From an uncultured delta proteobacterium (GTDB lineage: Bacteria; Desulfobacterota; Binatia; UBA9968): 64,000 nucleotides of DNA. The position numbers and the translations under genes were made by a program. Shown here piece by piece: positions 60,878 through 64,000 of the stretch (the stretch's first letter is position 1; each line of letters begins with the position of its first letter). Location of the stretch: contig CAVUZH010000002.1 of NCBI GenBank assembly GCA_963745835.1, forward strand, positions 23,062-87,061, in the 5' to 3' direction. The notes below the pieces were generated by a model. The model was not told where the DNA came from and did not search any database. It saw nothing but the letters and a program-made list of their open reading frames with translations.

Positions 60878-61453
60878 ATGAATGGCTTCATTGTATTAGA
60901 TCCTGTGGGTATTCCTCAGAAGGGTACCAGGAAGCCGCTGAAAGGCGTGGAAAATCTTGAGGGCAAGAGGATTGGTTTTATTTGGGGGATGCATGAGCTC
61001 TCAACTAAGTTTTGGCCAGTTTTAGAAGAGGAGATAGTCGGCGCGCTCAAGCCCCGCGAGGTTCACCGAGTGCACAAGAATGACAAAACTGATGGAAGAG
61101 CTAAGGGGAATACCTGGATCCCGGCGCCATTGCGAATAATCGAGGAAGCCGCATCAAAGGTCGACTATGCGGTTCTAGGTGTCGGGGCTTGAGGGTCCTG
61201 CACATCTGCCGCCGTGCGTGACACGGTAAATATGGTAAAGCTCGGGACTCCATCAGTTGTATTTGTCCACGAACCTTTCGAGAGACTCGCCAGAGCTCAG
61301 ATGAGGCAACTCGGAATAGAAGATTCAAAACCCTTTGTGATCGTCTATCCAGTCGATCGACCGTCCGCCGATTCCCAGGAGACAGTGCGTAAAAAAGCAA
61401 AAGAACAACTCCAGCGCATACCTGATTTGCTCAAGGTCCAACAGTGGCGGTGA
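60878..61453 (+). CDS. UGSC-family selenoprotein, 191 aa, Sec encoded by TGA 61190-61192 (codon 105)
   Basis: ORFs 60878-61192 and 61214-61453 are in frame with no other stop between them. Read-through gives KVDYAVLGVGA-U-GSCTSAAVRDTVNMVKLGTPSVVFVHEPF. The start at 60878 has RBS GGGAGG; the second fragment has none. Confidence 0.85.
61193..61225 (+). promoter_or_regulatory. Candidate bacterial SECIS hairpin
   Basis: Just 3' of the UGA: GTC(61195-97)-CT-GCAC(61200-03)-ATCTGCCGCC-GTGC(61214-17)-GT-GAC(61220-22). Confidence 0.5.
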
Positions 61454-61567
61454 CTGGTAACCGCTGTCGATGGCGACGAAGCTGCTCATGCGGTGAACGA
61501 ATTGGATCGACAGAGAGGCTTCATTGGTGCTCAGCGCATCGGGGTCGCGTGACAAAGGAGTAGAATC

Positions 61568-62662
61568 ATGAGCCTGCAAAATTACAAATTGACTTCGCAG
61601 CAGTACCAAGTCGAGGACGTCGATGCGTTCGCAGATCTGGCCTATGAGAAGGGCTGGACCGATGGTATGCCCGTGTTCCCTCCGACACTCAAGAAAGTGA
61701 CGGCGATCATCGACTATTTGAAACGGCCACCTGACGAGGCGCTCGGCATCGTTTCTCCTGGCGAAGGAGTCGCGACGATCGAGAAGATCGCAATCAATTG
61801 TGCGATGGCCGGCTGCAAGCCGGAATATGTTCCGGTGGTGCTTGCCGCTTTGGAAGCGATACTGGACCCGAATTTTCATATTTTGAGTGCCCAATGCAGT
61901 ACATTCGGTGGTCCTCCCCTGGCTATTATTAGCGGACCTGTGGTCAAGAAGCTTGGCTTTAATCATTCCGAGGGAGCCCTCGGTGGTTCGGGTCATCGGG
62001 TAAACGCCACCATTGGCCGCGCAATCCGCTTGATCCTGTGGAACATCGGTCAGGGCAAGCCGGGAGAACTTTCGAAAACCGTGTTCGGTGGACCGGCGCG
62101 CTGGCATTCATTGATCGCTGAACGGCCGAGAGAAGAAGGGAATCCCTGGGATGAGTTCCACGTCGATTACGCCGGGTTAGATGCTCAGGATAGCGCTGTG
62201 TCGATGCTAGGCGCCAATGGCAAGGTTGTATCGTGCGGCTTTGCAGCCTCATCGATCGACGATAACATCTCGACAATAGCAAACGACATCAAAGGAGACG
62301 GCGTAGCGGCCGCTCCCCATGTCTTCGTGCTCAATCCGCAGGGAGCTAGAATTTTAGCGGATGCGGGCTGGAGCAAGGAGCGTTTCCGGGACGCAGTTTA
62401 TGAGCAATGCTATGTTCAGGTGAGAGATATCAAAAAAGTAGCCAGCCAGGCTTCACCGACTAGTGTCTACTACTGGATGAAGAGGATCAGTCCGGACAAT
62501 GACGATGCGAAACTCTTTACCATCGCTGAGCCCAGCCATTTGAAAATCTTGGTGTCGGGAGGCTTTGGCGGCAGTCATGTGTGCTATCACTTCAGAGGCA
62601 GTACGCATTCGCTAACCGGCTCGGGCTTGGTTACAAAAAAGATCAACTGGAATTGGGACTAA
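61568..62662 (+). CDS. Conserved protein of unknown function of the type that accompanies or is fused to UGSC selenoproteins
   Basis: KGWTDGMPVFPPT, ATIEKIAINCAMAGCKPEY, GHRVNATIGRAIRL, AE..NPW and LADAGWSK; RBS AAGGAG. Confidence 0.8.
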   Translation: MSLQNYKLTSQQYQVEDVDAFADLAYEKGWTDGMPVFPPTLKKVTAIIDYLKRPPDEALGIVSPGEGVATIEKIAINCAMAGCKPEYVPVVLAALEAILDPNFHILSAQCSTFGGPPLAIISGPVVKKLGFNHSEGALGGSGHRVNATIGRAIRLILWNIGQGKPGELSKTVFGGPARWHSLIAERPREEGNPWDEFHVDYAGLDAQDSAVSMLGANGKVVSCGFAASSIDDNISTIANDIKGDGVAAAPHVFVLNPQGARILADAGWSKERFRDAVYEQCYVQVRDIKKVASQASPTSVYYWMKRISPDNDDAKLFTIAEPSHLKILVSGGFGGSHVCYHFRGSTHSLTGSGLVTKKINWNWD

Positions 62663-62717
62663 TGCAGAGAGCTTGAGTTACAGAAACAAAATCTTTATTG
62701 CATCGCAGGGGATTACA

Positions 62718-63776
62718 ATGAAAAAAGTTTCATTCTCAACGGCTTTGTGTTGTTGGGTCCTGTTCTCGGTATGCTTCCTTGGCTTTAATGCTTCCCTTCA
62801 CGCTCAAACAGACTCCTACTATAAAGGCAAAACTGTCACGATCGTAGTGGGCGTCTCTCCCGGTGGCGCCTATGATGTGTGGGCGCGGCTGATCGCGCCG
62901 CACCTAAGCAAACACATCCCCGGCAATCCGCAGGTCATCGTTCAAAATATGCCCGGCGCCGGGAGTCTAGTCGCCGCTAACTACGTTCACAACGTTGCCA
63001 AGCCTGACGGTTTGACCACGGTGATGCCGGCCAACCGATTGTATATCGATCAAATCGTCGGCCGCGCAGAGGTCAAGTACGATGTGCGAAAATTCGCATG
63101 GATCGGCAACCCGCAGAGATATTACACGGTGATCTATATGCGCGCCGATGCGCCATATAAGTCCATAGCGGACATCATCAGCGCGAAAGAACCACCCAAA
63201 TGCGGTGCGCCTGGGACAAACAGCGCCGGCTACACTCTTTCGCAACTCCTCGAAGAAGCTATAGGAGCCAAGTTCGAATTTGTGTTGGGGTATCCCGGCG
63301 CTAGTGAAATCGACTTGGCAGTTGAAAGAGGAGAAGTCATTTGCCGCGGTCACGATATCATCAATCACTTCAGTGGAAGCACGTACAGGGCTTGGCACGA
63401 AAGAGGGTTTGACCGCCACATCGTTCAAGACTCGCCCAAAAGAGACCCAAAACTGCCGGATACACCGACCATTTATGAGCTCATGGATAAATACAAAACA
63501 TCTCAGATCGCCCGCAATGTCACCGAGTTCATTTCAGCAAGCGCTGAGTTTGGCCGGCCGATGCTGACCTCGCCAGGAACTCCGGCGGACCGAGTAAAAA
63601 CTTTACGCGAAGCTTACGCGAAGACGATGCAAGATCCGGGATTTATTGCGCAGACGAATAAAGCAAAATTGGTATTGCAACCTTCTACCGGCGAAGAGCT
63701 ACAGGCATTGGTAGAACGGATCATGAACCAACCTCCGGAGGTCATTGAGCGCGTGAAGAAAATATTAAACGAATAG
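62718..63776 (+). CDS. TTT (Bug/TctC) substrate-binding protein
   Basis: SPGGAYDVWAR, QNMPGAGS, AKPDGLT, GYPG..AVERGE and FGRP. Confidence 0.9.
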   Translation: MKKVSFSTALCCWVLFSVCFLGFNASLHAQTDSYYKGKTVTIVVGVSPGGAYDVWARLIAPHLSKHIPGNPQVIVQNMPGAGSLVAANYVHNVAKPDGLTTVMPANRLYIDQIVGRAEVKYDVRKFAWIGNPQRYYTVIYMRADAPYKSIADIISAKEPPKCGAPGTNSAGYTLSQLLEEAIGAKFEFVLGYPGASEIDLAVERGEVICRGHDIINHFSGSTYRAWHERGFDRHIVQDSPKRDPKLPDTPTIYELMDKYKTSQIARNVTEFISASAEFGRPMLTSPGTPADRVKTLREAYAKTMQDPGFIAQTNKAKLVLQPSTGEELQALVERIMNQPPEVIERVKKILNE

Positions 63777-64000
63777 AGCTGCTGAATGATCGATTGGTTA
63801 TTTCCACTCCAGCCCAGCGCTGCGCCCTTATCGCGTAAATGCAATTCTACTTACGAAGGGGTCGGTTCTGTAGACGGTCTGCGCCCCGCCCTCATCCGGT
63901 TAGGGCGATGGTAAACGCAGCGGTGAAGATTGGATCCTAACGAATCGCAGCAAGCTGAAGCGGGCACTCCCGCTGGTTGCCTTCGCGCAAAATACCGTCA

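Noticed and set aside
61214-61453. 79-aa ORF as an independent gene
   Set aside because: It has no RBS and is the in-frame continuation of 60878 through the UGA.
63780-64000. Small hairpins at the window end as a tRNA (e.g. selC) or ncRNA
   Set aside because: No cloverleaf, T-loop or CCA could be built.
1-64000. CRISPR array, prophage, integrase or transposase
   Set aside because: No regularly spaced repeats, phage structural genes or recombinase motifs were seen.

Overview
This is a 64 kb, GC-rich bacterial chromosomal window. By inference from gene content it resembles Deltaproteobacteria/Binatia-type genomes. It is dominated by catabolic enzymes: four MmgE/PrpD paralogs, a TcuA-like flavoprotein, propionyl-CoA synthetase, two amidohydrolases, two polysaccharide-deacetylase-fold proteins, DUF1989, a gentisate-dioxygenase-like cupin, a GMC oxidoreductase and a di-haem peroxidase. 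It also holds 13 solute-binding proteins with no cognate permease or ATPase. No rRNA, tRNA, CRISPR array or intact transposase was seen. The most notable signal is at 58.4-63.8 kb. The ORF track splits one gene into two pieces (60878-61192 and 61214-61453), but they are in the same frame and joined by a TGA in the context ...VLGVGA-U-GSCTS..., followed by a candidate SECIS hairpin. This reads as a 191-aa UGSC-type selenoprotein with a GrdB/PrdB-like UxxC motif. It is co-oriented with an MmgE/PrpD enzyme, a thioredoxin-reductase-like flavoprotein with a degenerate NADPH site, a conserved unknown partner protein and a TTT binding protein, which suggests a selenium-dependent reductase system of unknown substrate. 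Several otherwise intact genes carry single-base indels that look like read or assembly errors. Two decayed intra-window duplications were also found.
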